A stretch of 64,000 bases of DNA from Acidimicrobiales bacterium (GTDB lineage Bacteria; Actinomycetota; Acidimicrobiia; Acidimicrobiales; RAAP-2). The stretch is taken from positions 16,256-80,255 of the forward strand of contig JBKQIP010000174.1 of assembly GCA_052148295.1 (NCBI GenBank). Reading direction: 5' to 3'. Below the pieces are notes generated by a model. The model made no database searches and was not told the origin of the DNA. It saw only the letters and a program-made list of their open reading frames with translations. Made by a program: the position numbers and the translations under genes. This document shows, piece by piece, positions 9,013-17,911 of the stretch (positions are counted from its first letter, which is position 1; each line of letters starts with the position of its first letter).

Positions 9013-10452
9013 ATGAGACGGGCCGACGCCGTCGTCGTGGGCTCGGGCCCCAACGGCCTCGCTGCCGCGCTCGTCATGGCGCGTGCCGGCCTGGTGGTCG
9101 ACGTCATCGAGGGGGCGCAGGACCCGGGCGGAGGATGCCGCACGGAAGAGCTGACGCTGCCCGGATTCCACCACGACGTCTGCTCGGCCGTGCACCCGCT
9201 CCTCAGCGCGTCCCCCTTCTTCGCGCGGTGCGCGCTGCCCACCCGGGGCGTCAAGCTCCTCACGCCGCGCGTCGCCTTCGCCCATCCCCTCGATGGCGGC
9301 CGCGCCTCCACCGTGGAGGGCACGGTGGAGGGCACCGCGGCCGGGCTCGGCCGCGACGGTCCGGCCTTCCGGCGCATGTTCGGCTCGCTGGTCCGGGACG
9401 CGGACCGCATCCTGCCCAACTTCCTGGCGCCGATGCGGTCTGTCCCGAGCAGCCCGGTCGCCACCGCCCGGTTCGGCCTGAAGGGGCTGTGGCCGGCGCA
9501 GCATCTGGCCGCCCGGTTCGACACCGCCGAGGGCCAGGCCATGATCGGCGGAGCGGCCGCCCACGCCATGCTCCCGCTCTCGGCGCCGCTCACGGGTGCG
9601 TTCGCCCTGCTGTTCACCATGCTGGCCCACGCGCCGGGTTGGCCGGTGGTCGAGGGCGGGAGCGCACGCATCGTGGACGCCCTGGTGGCCGAGCTGGAGT
9701 CGTTGGACGGTCACATCGCCACCGGAGAGTGGGTCCGGGACCTGCGCGACCTCCCGCCCGCCCGCACCACCGTGCTCGACGTCACCCCGCGCCAATTCAT
9801 CGGTCTCGCCGGAGACCGATTGCCGGGCCGGTACCGCCGCAGTCTCGAGCGCTTCCGGTACGGCCCGGGTGTCTGCAAGGTCGACTGGGCCCTGAGCGGC
9901 CCCGTCCCCTGGACCGCGGAGCGCTGCCGCCTGGCCGGGACGCTGCACGTGTGCGGGACCCTGGCCGAGGTGGCCCGGAGCGAGGCGGAGGTGGCCGCCG
10001 GGCGCCACGCGGCGCGCCCCTATTGCCTGGTGGTGCAGCCGGGCGTGGTCGACCCCAGCCGGGCCCCTGACGCCGCACAGACGTTGTGGGCCTACTGCCA
10101 CGTCCCCAACGGGTCGACGGTGGACATGCGCGAGCGGATCGAGGCCCAGATCGAGCGCTTCGCACCCGGGTTCCGCGATCTCATCCTGGCCCACGCCACC
10201 ACCACGGCCCGGGGGTCAGAAGGTCACAACCCGAGCTATGTCGGCGGTGACATCGGCGCCGGCGCCGCCACGTTGCGCCAGACCGTGTTCCGCCCCACGG
10301 CGCGGTGGAACCCCTACCGCACCGGCCTCGAGGGTGTCTACCTGTGCTCGGCCTCCACGCCGCCCGGTGGCGGGGTCCACGGCATGTGCGGGGCCTGGGC
10401 GGCGCGCACCGCGCTGCACGATGTGGGCGTGCGGGCGGGGCTCGACGCCTGA
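9013..10452 (+). CDS. FAD-dependent oxidoreductase, phytoene-desaturase (CrtI)-like family
   Basis: N-terminal dinucleotide fold ADAVVVGSGPNGLAAALVMARAGLVVDVIE. Length and C-terminal motif LYLCSASTPPGGGVHG are typical of this family. Confidence 0.8.
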   Translation: MRRADAVVVGSGPNGLAAALVMARAGLVVDVIEGAQDPGGGCRTEELTLPGFHHDVCSAVHPLLSASPFFARCALPTRGVKLLTPRVAFAHPLDGGRASTVEGTVEGTAAGLGRDGPAFRRMFGSLVRDADRILPNFLAPMRSVPSSPVATARFGLKGLWPAQHLAARFDTAEGQAMIGGAAAHAMLPLSAPLTGAFALLFTMLAHAPGWPVVEGGSARIVDALVAELESLDGHIATGEWVRDLRDLPPARTTVLDVTPRQFIGLAGDRLPGRYRRSLERFRYGPGVCKVDWALSGPVPWTAERCRLAGTLHVCGTLAEVARSEAEVAAGRHAARPYCLVVQPGVVDPSRAPDAAQTLWAYCHVPNGSTVDMRERIEAQIERFAPGFRDLILAHATTTARGSEGHNPSYVGGDIGAGAATLRQTVFRPTARWNPYRTGLEGVYLCSASTPPGGGVHGMCGAWAARTALHDVGVRAGLDA

Positions 10453-10494
10453 AGCCGAAACCGGAACCGGAGCCGACGACGGGAGACCCGGTGC

Positions 10495-11337
10495 CTACTC
10501 GTCGGGTCGAGGTCCCGGACCCGTACCCACACCGAGCCGCTCCCGGAAGAAGGTCAGCGTCTGGTCCAGGGCGGCCCGCGTCGGCGTGCCCTCGCGGTCC
10601 TGGAGGTGCTCGGTGAGCACCGAGTGGGCCGCCTTGGGGTGGCCGTGCGGGTTGCCGGGGGCCGAGTCGATCTCGACGGCGATGAAGGCGTCTCCCAGCT
10701 CGCGCCGCAACGTGGCGAAACGCCCGGGAAAGCAGAACGGGTCGTTGGAGAAGCGCAGACCCAGCAGGCAGGCCCCGTCGGCCGTCCGCTCCTTGACCCG
10801 GGCCAGGTCGGCGTCGGAGATCCCCACGTCGGCCTTGAATCTCTTCGAGAGCGGGAACGGCAGCGACGGTTGGCTCAGCACCGGGGCCAGCACGACGTCA
10901 TCGACCATCATGGCCAGGGCGAAGCCGCCGGTGAAGCACATGCCGACCACTCCCACCCCCGGCCCGCCGCACCGTTGGTGCTCGGCCGCGGCCAGCCGGC
11001 GCAGCCACACGGTGACCGGGCTGGTCTTCTTGAGGGCGAAGGCGGCGAACTCGCGGGAGACGCAGGCCGGGCCGAGGGACTGGACGGCGTAGCCGGCCGA
11101 CGGGGGGCGGCCCGGGTCGCCGAAGAGCCTCGGCATGACGGCGGTGCACCCGGCCGCCACCACCTTCCGGGCGAAAGCGGCCACCAGGGGCGTGATGCCG
11201 GGCATCTCGCTGATCACGATCACGGCCGGTCCGCTGCCGGCCCGGTAGATGTCCCGTCGCTTCCCGTCGGCCTCGAAGGACTCCTGGGTGAAGCCCTCGA
11301 GCGCCGCGCTCCATTGCCCCACATCGCCCTTGGCCAT
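10495..11337 (-). CDS. Dienelactone hydrolase family protein
   Basis: This is the C-terminal 281 codons of track ORF 10495..12825, starting at MAKGDVGQW (rc cat 11335-11337). The Cys nucleophile elbow is VGMCFTGGFA. The upstream ~500 codons of the track ORF are Arg/Gly/Pro-rich shadow of the plus-strand gene. Confidence 0.75.
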   Translation of the reverse strand: MAKGDVGQWSAALEGFTQESFEADGKRRDIYRAGSGPAVIVISEMPGITPLVAAFARKVVAAGCTAVMPRLFGDPGRPPSAGYAVQSLGPACVSREFAAFALKKTSPVTVWLRRLAAAEHQRCGGPGVGVVGMCFTGGFALAMMVDDVVLAPVLSQPSLPFPLSKRFKADVGISDADLARVKERTADGACLLGLRFSNDPFCFPGRFATLRRELGDAFIAVEIDSAPGNPHGHPKAAHSVLTEHLQDREGTPTRAALDQTLTFFRERLGVGTGPGPRPDE

Positions 11338-11361
11338 GGTCGGACCGTAGCATCGCCTGTC

Positions 11362-12852
11362 GTGCCTTCCTCGAGCCGCATCGCAGACCCGCGCACCCCG
11401 GTGCTGGTGGGCGTGGGTACCGCCCAGGACAGCGCCCCCGTCGTCGAACTGATGACCGCGGCGTGCCGGTCGGCCGCGCTCGATGCCGCGGCCCCGGCCC
11501 TGCTGCCCGCCCTCGACCGCATCGTGGTCCCCCAGGGAAGTTGGGCCCTGCCCGACCCCGCCCGGGCGGTGGCGGCGCGCCTCGGTGCCCGGTCGGCACG
11601 CACCTACCTGGGCCAGGTCGGCGTGTCCCAGCAGGAGTTGATCGATGACGCCCTGGAGTCCATCGCCGCCGGTCGGGCCGACGTGGTCATGGTGGTCGGC
11701 GGCGAGGCGCGCGCCTTCGCGCGCCGCGGCGGCGACGAGTCCCTGGGCGCGGACGAGGGGGTGACCCCCGATGTGACGCTCACCCGCCCGGCCGACTTCA
11801 TCGCACCGATCGAGGTGGCCGCCGGCACGGTGTGGCCCGTGGTCCAGCAGTACGCGCTGATCGAGAACGCGCTGGCCGCCCACGAGCACCAAGATGCCGA
11901 CGCGCTGGCCCGCGACGTCTCCCGGCTGTGGGCCCGCTTCAACGAGGTGGCCCAGGGCAACGAGCTGGCCGCCTTCCCCGCTCCCCGCACCGCCGCGTCC
12001 ATCGCCACGCCCGGGCCCAAGAACCGGCCGCTGTCCCACCCCTACAACCTGTGGCATTCCAGCCAGTGGACCGTCGACCAGGCGGCCGCCCTCCTGCTCT
12101 GCTCGGCGGAGCGGGCCGGAGGGGCCGGGGTCCCGGCCGACCGCTACGCCTTCCCCCACGTGGCCCTGCACGCCTCCCACGCCATCACCCTCACGGCGCG
12201 CAAGGACCTGCACGCCTGGCCGGCCATGGCGGTGCTGGGTCGCCTCGCCGCCGGACATCTCCGCGCCCCCCTGGGCGAGCTGCCGCTGGCCGACGTCTAC
12301 TCCTGCTTCCCGTCCTCCGTGCGGGTGCAGCAGCGTGCCCTCGGCCTCGACCCCGAGGGGACGCCGACGGTGACCGGTGGCATGGCCTTCGCCGGCGGGC
12401 CGTTCAACAACTACGTCCTGCAGTCCACCGCCGCGCTCATCCGCCTGCTGCGCCACCGGCCGGCCGAGCGCGGGCTGGTCACCACCGTGTCGGGCATGCT
12501 GTCCAAGCCGGGACTGGCCGTATGGTCCTGCTCCCCGCCGCCCCCGGGCCGCGGGACCCTGATGGCCGATGTGGCCGACGACGCGGCCGCGGCCACCGAG
12601 ACGCTCCCCGTGGCCGCCCCCGAGGCCTCGCGGGGCCCGGCCACGGTGGCCTCGTACACCGTCACCTACGAGACCGGTGCCGACGGCGCCGGCGACCCCC
12701 CGCGCCCGCGGCGGACGGTGATCGTGGCCGACCTGGGCGACGGGAGGCGGACCGCCGCCGCCTGCGAGGATGAGTCCCTGGCCCGCCGCGCCCTGAGCGA
12801 GTCGCTCATCGGGCGGCCGGTCCACATCGACGGCGCCACCTTCACCCCATGA
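11362..12852 (+). CDS. Thiolase-fold protein (acetyl-CoA acetyltransferase-like) with a C-terminal OB-fold-like extension
   Basis: This is the real part of track ORF 10606..12852, from GTG 11362 (VPSSSRIADPRTPVLVGVGTAQ). Thiolase-like blocks are ADVVMVVGGEA and GGMAFAGGPFNNY. The tail GPATVASYTVTYE...RTVIVADLGDGRR resembles the OB part of DUF35 proteins. Confidence 0.6.
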   Translation: MPSSSRIADPRTPVLVGVGTAQDSAPVVELMTAACRSAALDAAAPALLPALDRIVVPQGSWALPDPARAVAARLGARSARTYLGQVGVSQQELIDDALESIAAGRADVVMVVGGEARAFARRGGDESLGADEGVTPDVTLTRPADFIAPIEVAAGTVWPVVQQYALIENALAAHEHQDADALARDVSRLWARFNEVAQGNELAAFPAPRTAASIATPGPKNRPLSHPYNLWHSSQWTVDQAAALLLCSAERAGGAGVPADRYAFPHVALHASHAITLTARKDLHAWPAMAVLGRLAAGHLRAPLGELPLADVYSCFPSSVRVQQRALGLDPEGTPTVTGGMAFAGGPFNNYVLQSTAALIRLLRHRPAERGLVTTVSGMLSKPGLAVWSCSPPPPGRGTLMADVADDAAAATETLPVAAPEASRGPATVASYTVTYETGADGAGDPPRPRRTVIVADLGDGRRTAAACEDESLARRALSESLIGRPVHIDGATFTP

Positions 12853-14558
12853 CCACCTCCCCGTCCACCCGCCTGCGCTCCCGCCCCCGGCTCGTCCCCC
12901 CCGAGCTGGCGGCCCGGGTACCCTCCCTGCGCGCCGCCGGCGCGGTCGCCCTCGTCCTCGGCGCCCTGACCGCCGCCGCCATCGTCGTCCAGGCCGTGGC
13001 CGTCGCCACCGCCGTGGACCGGTCGCTCCTCCACCACGCCTCGCTGCGCGACGTGCGTCCCCAGCTCGTCGCCATCGTCGTGGCCGTGGTGGCGCGCGGG
13101 GTCCTGCACTGGCTGGGGGAGGTGTCGGCCCAGCGGACGGCGGAGTCGGTGGCCCGCACCCTGCGCGGCCAGCTGCTGCGCCACACCCTCGACCTCGGCC
13201 CCGGTTGGCTGGCCGGCGAGCGGCCGGGGGAGCTCTCGCTCACCGCCACCAGGGGGCTCCGATCGCTGCACACCTACTTCGCCCGCTACGTCCCCCAGGC
13301 CGCGACGGCCGCCGTCGTTCCCGTCCTGCTCCTCGTGTGGGTGGGCACCCAGAGCTGGCTGGCCCTGGTGGTGGTGCTGGCGCTGCTGGCCGCCGTGCCG
13401 GTGACCATGGTCCACTTCGGACGGGAGGCCACCCGCCGCACCGAGCGCCAGTGGCGTCGCCTCGGTTCCCTGGCCGGCCGCTTCCTCCAGCTCATCGAGG
13501 GCCTTCCCACCCTGCGCGCCTTCGGGCGAGAGGGCCACGGGCGCCGCGAGGTGGCGGCCTCCTCGGACGGCGTCCGCACCGCCACCATGCGGACGCTGCG
13601 CGTGGCCTTCCTCTCCGCGCTGGCCATGGACATGATCGCCGCGTTCGGCGTCGGCCTCATGGCCATGGTGCTGGGCCTGAAGCTGCTGTGGGGAGAGCTG
13701 AGCCTGCAGACCGCCATGGCCGTCCTGCTGGTCGCCCCGGAGATCTTCATGCCGCTGCGCCGGGCCGGCGCCGAGTTCCACGCCAGCGCGGAGGGACAGG
13801 CCGCGGCGGCACGCGTGCTGGACGTGCTCGCCGTGCCCTCGCCGCACGTCGCCGCCGGCGAGCCTGCGCCCCGTGGCGCCTCGCCCTCCCCGCAGGTCAC
13901 CCTGTCCATCGACCGGCTGGGCCTCGCCTATGACGATCGCGCCGTCCCGGCCCTGCACGAATTCTCGCTGCTGGTGCCCCCCGGTGATCGCGTCGCGCTG
14001 GTCGGTCCGTCGGGTGCGGGGAAGTCGTCGGTCGTGGCCGCCCTGCTCGGCTTCGTCCGGCCCACCTCCGGCAGCATGTCGGTCGACGGGATGCCGTCGA
14101 CGGCGTGGACCATCGCGGCCTGGCGTGCCCACTTCTCCGCCCTGCCGCAACGGCCCCACCTCTTCACGGCGTCGCTGGCGGAGAACCTGCGCCTGGGGGC
14201 ACCCGAGGCCACGGACCAGGACCTGCACGAGGTCCTCGGCGCCGTCGGGCTGCGGGCGCTGGTGAGCCACCTCCCCCGGGGCCTTGACACCGCTCTGGGT
14301 CAGGACGGGTTGACGCTGAGCGCGGGCGAGCGCCAGCGGGTGGCCCTGGCCCGCGCCCTGCTGCGCCCCGCCCCGGTGCTCCTGCTCGATGAGCCCACGG
14401 CCTCGCTCGACCCGGCGACCGCGTCGGCTCTGGCCACGGCGATCGAGCCGTACCTGGTCGGCCGCAGCGTGGTCGTGGTCGGCCACGAGCCGGTGCTCCT
14501 CCCCCACTTCGACGCCGTGGTGCAGCTCGGCGCCCGCCCGACCCTGGCGGTGTCGTGA
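12849..14558 (+). CDS. cydD: ABC exporter, fused permease/ATPase, CydD-like (thiol reductant exporter)
   Basis: Six-helix TMD followed by an NBD with Walker A GPSGAGKSS, signature LSAGERQRVALARAL and Walker B LLLDEPT. It pairs with the next gene by a 4-nt overlap, as in cydDC. No cydAB is adjacent, so the symbol is tentative. Confidence 0.6.
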   Translation: MTTSPSTRLRSRPRLVPPELAARVPSLRAAGAVALVLGALTAAAIVVQAVAVATAVDRSLLHHASLRDVRPQLVAIVVAVVARGVLHWLGEVSAQRTAESVARTLRGQLLRHTLDLGPGWLAGERPGELSLTATRGLRSLHTYFARYVPQAATAAVVPVLLLVWVGTQSWLALVVVLALLAAVPVTMVHFGREATRRTERQWRRLGSLAGRFLQLIEGLPTLRAFGREGHGRREVAASSDGVRTATMRTLRVAFLSALAMDMIAAFGVGLMAMVLGLKLLWGELSLQTAMAVLLVAPEIFMPLRRAGAEFHASAEGQAAAARVLDVLAVPSPHVAAGEPAPRGASPSPQVTLSIDRLGLAYDDRAVPALHEFSLLVPPGDRVALVGPSGAGKSSVVAALLGFVRPTSGSMSVDGMPSTAWTIAAWRAHFSALPQRPHLFTASLAENLRLGAPEATDQDLHEVLGAVGLRALVSHLPRGLDTALGQDGLTLSAGERQRVALARALLRPAPVLLLDEPTASLDPATASALATAIEPYLVGRSVVVVGHEPVLLPHFDAVVQLGARPTLAVS

Positions 14559-16204
14559 GGCCCCTGCGCCGGATATGGCGCGAGCCGGGAACGCCGTACG
14601 GGCGCCTGGCCCTGGCCGGCGCGCTCGGGCTCCTCTCGGCGGCGGCCACCATCGCCCTCATGGCCGGGTCGGGCTACGTCCTGGGTCGGGCCGCCCAGCG
14701 CCCGGGACTGGACGCGCTGGTCGGGATACTGGCGGCGGTCGAGGTGGTGGCCTTCCTGCGCGGACCCCTGCGCTACGCCGAGCGCCTGGTGGGCCACGAC
14801 GCCGCCCTGCGGGCCCTGGCCGGGTGGCGCATCTGGCTCTACGACTGCCTGACGCCACGCGTGCCCGCTGCCCTGGCCGGCTGGCGCAGCGGCGACCTCT
14901 TGACCCGCGCCATCGACGACGTCGACACCCTGCAGGACCTCTACCTCCGCACCGTGCTGCCCCTCGGTGTGGCCCTGGGTGCCGCCCTGCTGGGTCTGGT
15001 CGTGGTCGGCCTCATCCTGCCCGTGGCCGTCCTCGCCCTGGGCGTCCCACTGCTGATCGCCTGCACCGTGCCACCGGCCCTGGTCTGGCGGCCCGGTGCC
15101 GACGACGAGGAGTCGGCCCTGGCGGGGGAGATCTCGGCGCACGTGGTCGACATGATCCACGGGGCGGCCGACCTCCTGGCCTTCGGCGCCGAAGATTCCG
15201 CCTTCGGCCGGCTGGACGAGATGAGCCGGCGGTCCGAGGCCCTGGCGCGCCGCCAGCACCGGTCGGCCGCGCTGGCCGCCTTCACGACGCAACTGTGCGT
15301 GGGCGCGGCGCTGACCGCGGTCCTGGCCGTCGCCGTGTCCGCCGTGCACGCGCACCACCTCGACCCGGTCATGGTGGCCGTCCTGCCCCTGGCCGCCCTG
15401 GCCACGTTCGAGCCGGTCCCCGGCGTGACCCAGGGCACGGCCCGCGCCCTGGCGGTCCGCGCCGCCGCCCGCCGCCTCCTGGCCCTCGAGGCCGTGCCGG
15501 TCCCGATCGGCGACCCCGGCGTCCCCCGCTCGCTCCCCGAGGGCACGCCGGACGTCTCCTTCGCGCGGGCGTCGTTGCGCTACGGGCCCGGGCTGCCCCG
15601 GGCGCTCGACCGGGTCGACCTGCACCTGGCCCCGGGAGGACGGGTGGCCGTGACCGGCTCCAGTGGCGCCGGCAAATCCTCCCTGGTCAACGCCCTCCTT
15701 CGCTTCTGGCCGCTGGAGGGCGGCACGTTGCAGCTGGGCCACGTGGCGACCGACGAGCTGACGCAGGCCGAGGTGCGGGCCGCCTGCGCCCTAGTCGACC
15801 AGCGCGCCCAGTTGTTCGCCGGCACGCTGCGGTCCAACCTGACCCTGGGACGCCCCGACGCCACCGATGAGGAGATCGGCAGGGCCCTCGACGCCGCCCA
15901 GCTCAGCGGCTGGGTGGCCGGGCTCCCGGCCGGCTTGGAGACGCCCGTCGGTGATGAGGGCGTCGCCCTCTCCGGAGGCGAGCGCAGGAGGGTGACCGTG
16001 GCCCGAGCGCTCCTGGCCGGCGGCCGGGTGCTCGTGCTCGACGAGCCGACCTCCGGACTCGACGACGAGGTGGCCGACCGGCTCATCGGCGACGTCTTCC
16101 GCGCCGCGGGCGATCACAGCGTCCTCCTGATCACCCACCGGCCCGCGGAGGCCGACCGCTGCCAGACCACCGTCACCCTCGAGGCGGGCCGCGCCGTTCC
16201 CTGA
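14555..16204 (+). CDS. cydC: ABC exporter, fused permease/ATPase, CydC-like
   Basis: TMD plus NBD with Walker A GSSGAGKSS, signature LSGGERRRVTVARAL and Walker B LVLDEPT. The GTGA overlap with the previous gene fits a heterodimeric exporter. Confidence 0.6.
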   Translation: MRPLRRIWREPGTPYGRLALAGALGLLSAAATIALMAGSGYVLGRAAQRPGLDALVGILAAVEVVAFLRGPLRYAERLVGHDAALRALAGWRIWLYDCLTPRVPAALAGWRSGDLLTRAIDDVDTLQDLYLRTVLPLGVALGAALLGLVVVGLILPVAVLALGVPLLIACTVPPALVWRPGADDEESALAGEISAHVVDMIHGAADLLAFGAEDSAFGRLDEMSRRSEALARRQHRSAALAAFTTQLCVGAALTAVLAVAVSAVHAHHLDPVMVAVLPLAALATFEPVPGVTQGTARALAVRAAARRLLALEAVPVPIGDPGVPRSLPEGTPDVSFARASLRYGPGLPRALDRVDLHLAPGGRVAVTGSSGAGKSSLVNALLRFWPLEGGTLQLGHVATDELTQAEVRAACALVDQRAQLFAGTLRSNLTLGRPDATDEEIGRALDAAQLSGWVAGLPAGLETPVGDEGVALSGGERRRVTVARALLAGGRVLVLDEPTSGLDDEVADRLIGDVFRAAGDHSVLLITHRPAEADRCQTTVTLEAGRAVP

Positions 16205-16225
16205 GCCGCCACTGCGCCGCGTCGG

Positions 16226-16321
16226 CTACTGGTTCATCAACGCCGAGTTCAGCCGGCGGAAGGTCGAGTCGACCTGCGTGAAGACCGACTCGATGTCCGA
16301 ACCACCCACGGCCGCTGGCAT
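16226..16321 (-). CDS. Candidate small protein, 31 aa (MPAAVGGSDIESVFTQVDSTFRRLNSALMNQ)
   Basis: Hand-found, and below the track length cutoff. ATG is rc of cat 16319-16321 and TAG is rc of cta 16226-16228. GGAGGG sits 3 nt upstream (rc of 16325-16330). 28 of 31 third codon positions are G/C, as in genuine genes here, and the composition is not Arg/Pro-rich like shadow ORFs. Confidence 0.3.
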   Translation of the reverse strand: MPAAVGGSDIESVFTQVDSTFRRLNSALMNQ

Positions 16322-16434
16322 CCACCCTCCGGCCCCGTCGGCGGAGACCCGGCACCCGAAATGCCTGCATGGGGGCTGTCCGGCCAGCGACGAGATACCC
16401 GGGTGTGACCTGCCCTTACCGAGCGCTTACCGTG

Positions 16435-17907
16435 ATGGCGCACAGTGAGCGGCGTGAGAGACTGCGCAGCAACCGGCGTCGGGCGAAGGAGGACAACGTG
16501 CCCGGTTCGGGTCCAGTGCCCACCGGGTACGGAAGCGTCGCAGTCGCGGCCGACCGTCGGGGAAGAAGGGTTGACTCGGAAGCGGGGGACGCGCCGGTGA
16601 TGGTGACGACGGAAACCGTGAGCGCCGTGCGGACGCTGCCCGTCCCCCCTGGCTCGCGCCCCCGCTCCACGCCGGTGCGCCTCCGCGTCTTCGCCGTGGC
16701 GTTGGTCCTCCTGGTCGTGCTGGCCGGACTGGTGGCCGGCCTGGCCACGTCCAACCGACAGAGTGCGACCACGGCGGCGGCCCAACAGGCGGAGCCGCTG
16801 CTGGTCTCGGCGCAGACCATCAACACGTCACTCTCCGACGCCGACAGCACGGCCGCCGCCTCGTTCCTGCGGGGCCGGCTCGAACCGGCGGCGCTTCGTG
16901 ACCGCTACGCCGCCGACGTGGATCAGGCCTCGACCGCACTGGCCACGGCCGCTCAGGAGGCAGGTACGGATCCCGCGGTCACGTCGTCATTGGCCGCTGT
17001 GTCGACCGAGGTGCCCGTCTACACCGGGCTGGTGCAGACGGCCCTCTTCAACGAGCGTCAGGCCTACTACCCGCTGGCCGCCTCCTACCTCGGCGAGGCC
17101 AACAACCTGATGCGCACCCGGATCCTGCCCGCCGCCACCCAGCTCTATGCCACCGAGCGCGCCCGTCTCGCCGCCGACGAGGGGAACGCGGTCAACCCGT
17201 GGCTGGCCGCCGCGGCGGGGCTCAGCGTGGCCGTCCTGCTGGTGCTGCTCGTAGGGGCCCAGTGGTGGATGAGCCGCCACTTCCGCCGGACGCTCAACGT
17301 TCCGCTGGTGACGGCCACCGTGCTCATCGCCGCCCTCGGTCTGTGGTTCGCCATCGCCCTGGTGGCCCAGGGCTCCGGCGTGACCACGGCCACGAGCCGG
17401 GGGTCGGGCCCCATCGACACCTACACGCAGGCCCGCATCCTCGCCCTCGAGATGCGGGCGGACGACGAGCTGACCCTGCTCACCCTGGACTCGGTGCCCA
17501 CGTACCAGCAGGACTACACCGCCGCCGCCGACCGCCTCGAGGCCCTGTTGGCCTCGTCGGGCGCGGTCGCAGGCGCCGAGCGGCCGCAGGCGGCGCACGC
17601 CCGCGCCGCCTTCGCCGCCTACACCAGAGTGCACCACCACATCCGCAGCCTGGACAGCGGGGGCAATCTGGACGGGGCCGACGCCGTGGCCTCCGGGCCG
17701 GCCGCGACGGATCTCCCGGCGGTGTCGTCGGATCTGGACACGGTGCTCACCGATGACATCTCCGGATCCCAGGGGACCTTCCACAGTGCGATGGCGGCGG
17801 CCACCGGAGATCTCGACGGCGTCCTCGTGGCCATCGCCCTGCTGGCGCTGATCTCGGCCGTGCTCGTCCTCGTCGGCTTCCAGTCCCGGATCGCGGAGTA
17901 CAGGTAG
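16435..17907 (+). CDS. glnX: GlnX-like integral membrane protein (4 TM helices with two long extracytoplasmic helical regions)
   Basis: Track ORF 16369..17907. TM segments are VFAVALVLLVVLAGLVAGLA, WLAAAAGLSVAVLLVLLVGAQWW, LVTATVLIAALGLWFAIALVA and LVAIALLALISAVLVLVGF. Its position directly upstream of glnH-pknG matches the known glnX-glnH-pknG arrangement. The start is uncertain (16369, 16435 or later). Confidence 0.7.
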   Translation: MAHSERRERLRSNRRRAKEDNVPGSGPVPTGYGSVAVAADRRGRRVDSEAGDAPVMVTTETVSAVRTLPVPPGSRPRSTPVRLRVFAVALVLLVVLAGLVAGLATSNRQSATTAAAQQAEPLLVSAQTINTSLSDADSTAAASFLRGRLEPAALRDRYAADVDQASTALATAAQEAGTDPAVTSSLAAVSTEVPVYTGLVQTALFNERQAYYPLAASYLGEANNLMRTRILPAATQLYATERARLAADEGNAVNPWLAAAAGLSVAVLLVLLVGAQWWMSRHFRRTLNVPLVTATVLIAALGLWFAIALVAQGSGVTTATSRGSGPIDTYTQARILALEMRADDELTLLTLDSVPTYQQDYTAAADRLEALLASSGAVAGAERPQAAHARAAFAAYTRVHHHIRSLDSGGNLDGADAVASGPAATDLPAVSSDLDTVLTDDISGSQGTFHSAMAAATGDLDGVLVAIALLALISAVLVLVGFQSRIAEYR

Positions 17908-17911
17908 GACC

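Noticed and set aside
10495-12825. 776-aa minus-strand ORF
   Set aside because: Only the last 281 codons (from MAKGDVGQW) look like a protein, the dienelactone hydrolase. The upstream part is Gly/Arg-rich shadow of the plus-strand thiolase-like gene.
12666-15742. Minus-strand ORFs of 613 aa (12666..14507) and 480 aa (14300..15742) opposite cydD/cydC
   Set aside because: They have Arg/Gly/His/Gln-rich composition and no motifs. The plus strand encodes two ABC exporters with complete Walker and signature motifs.
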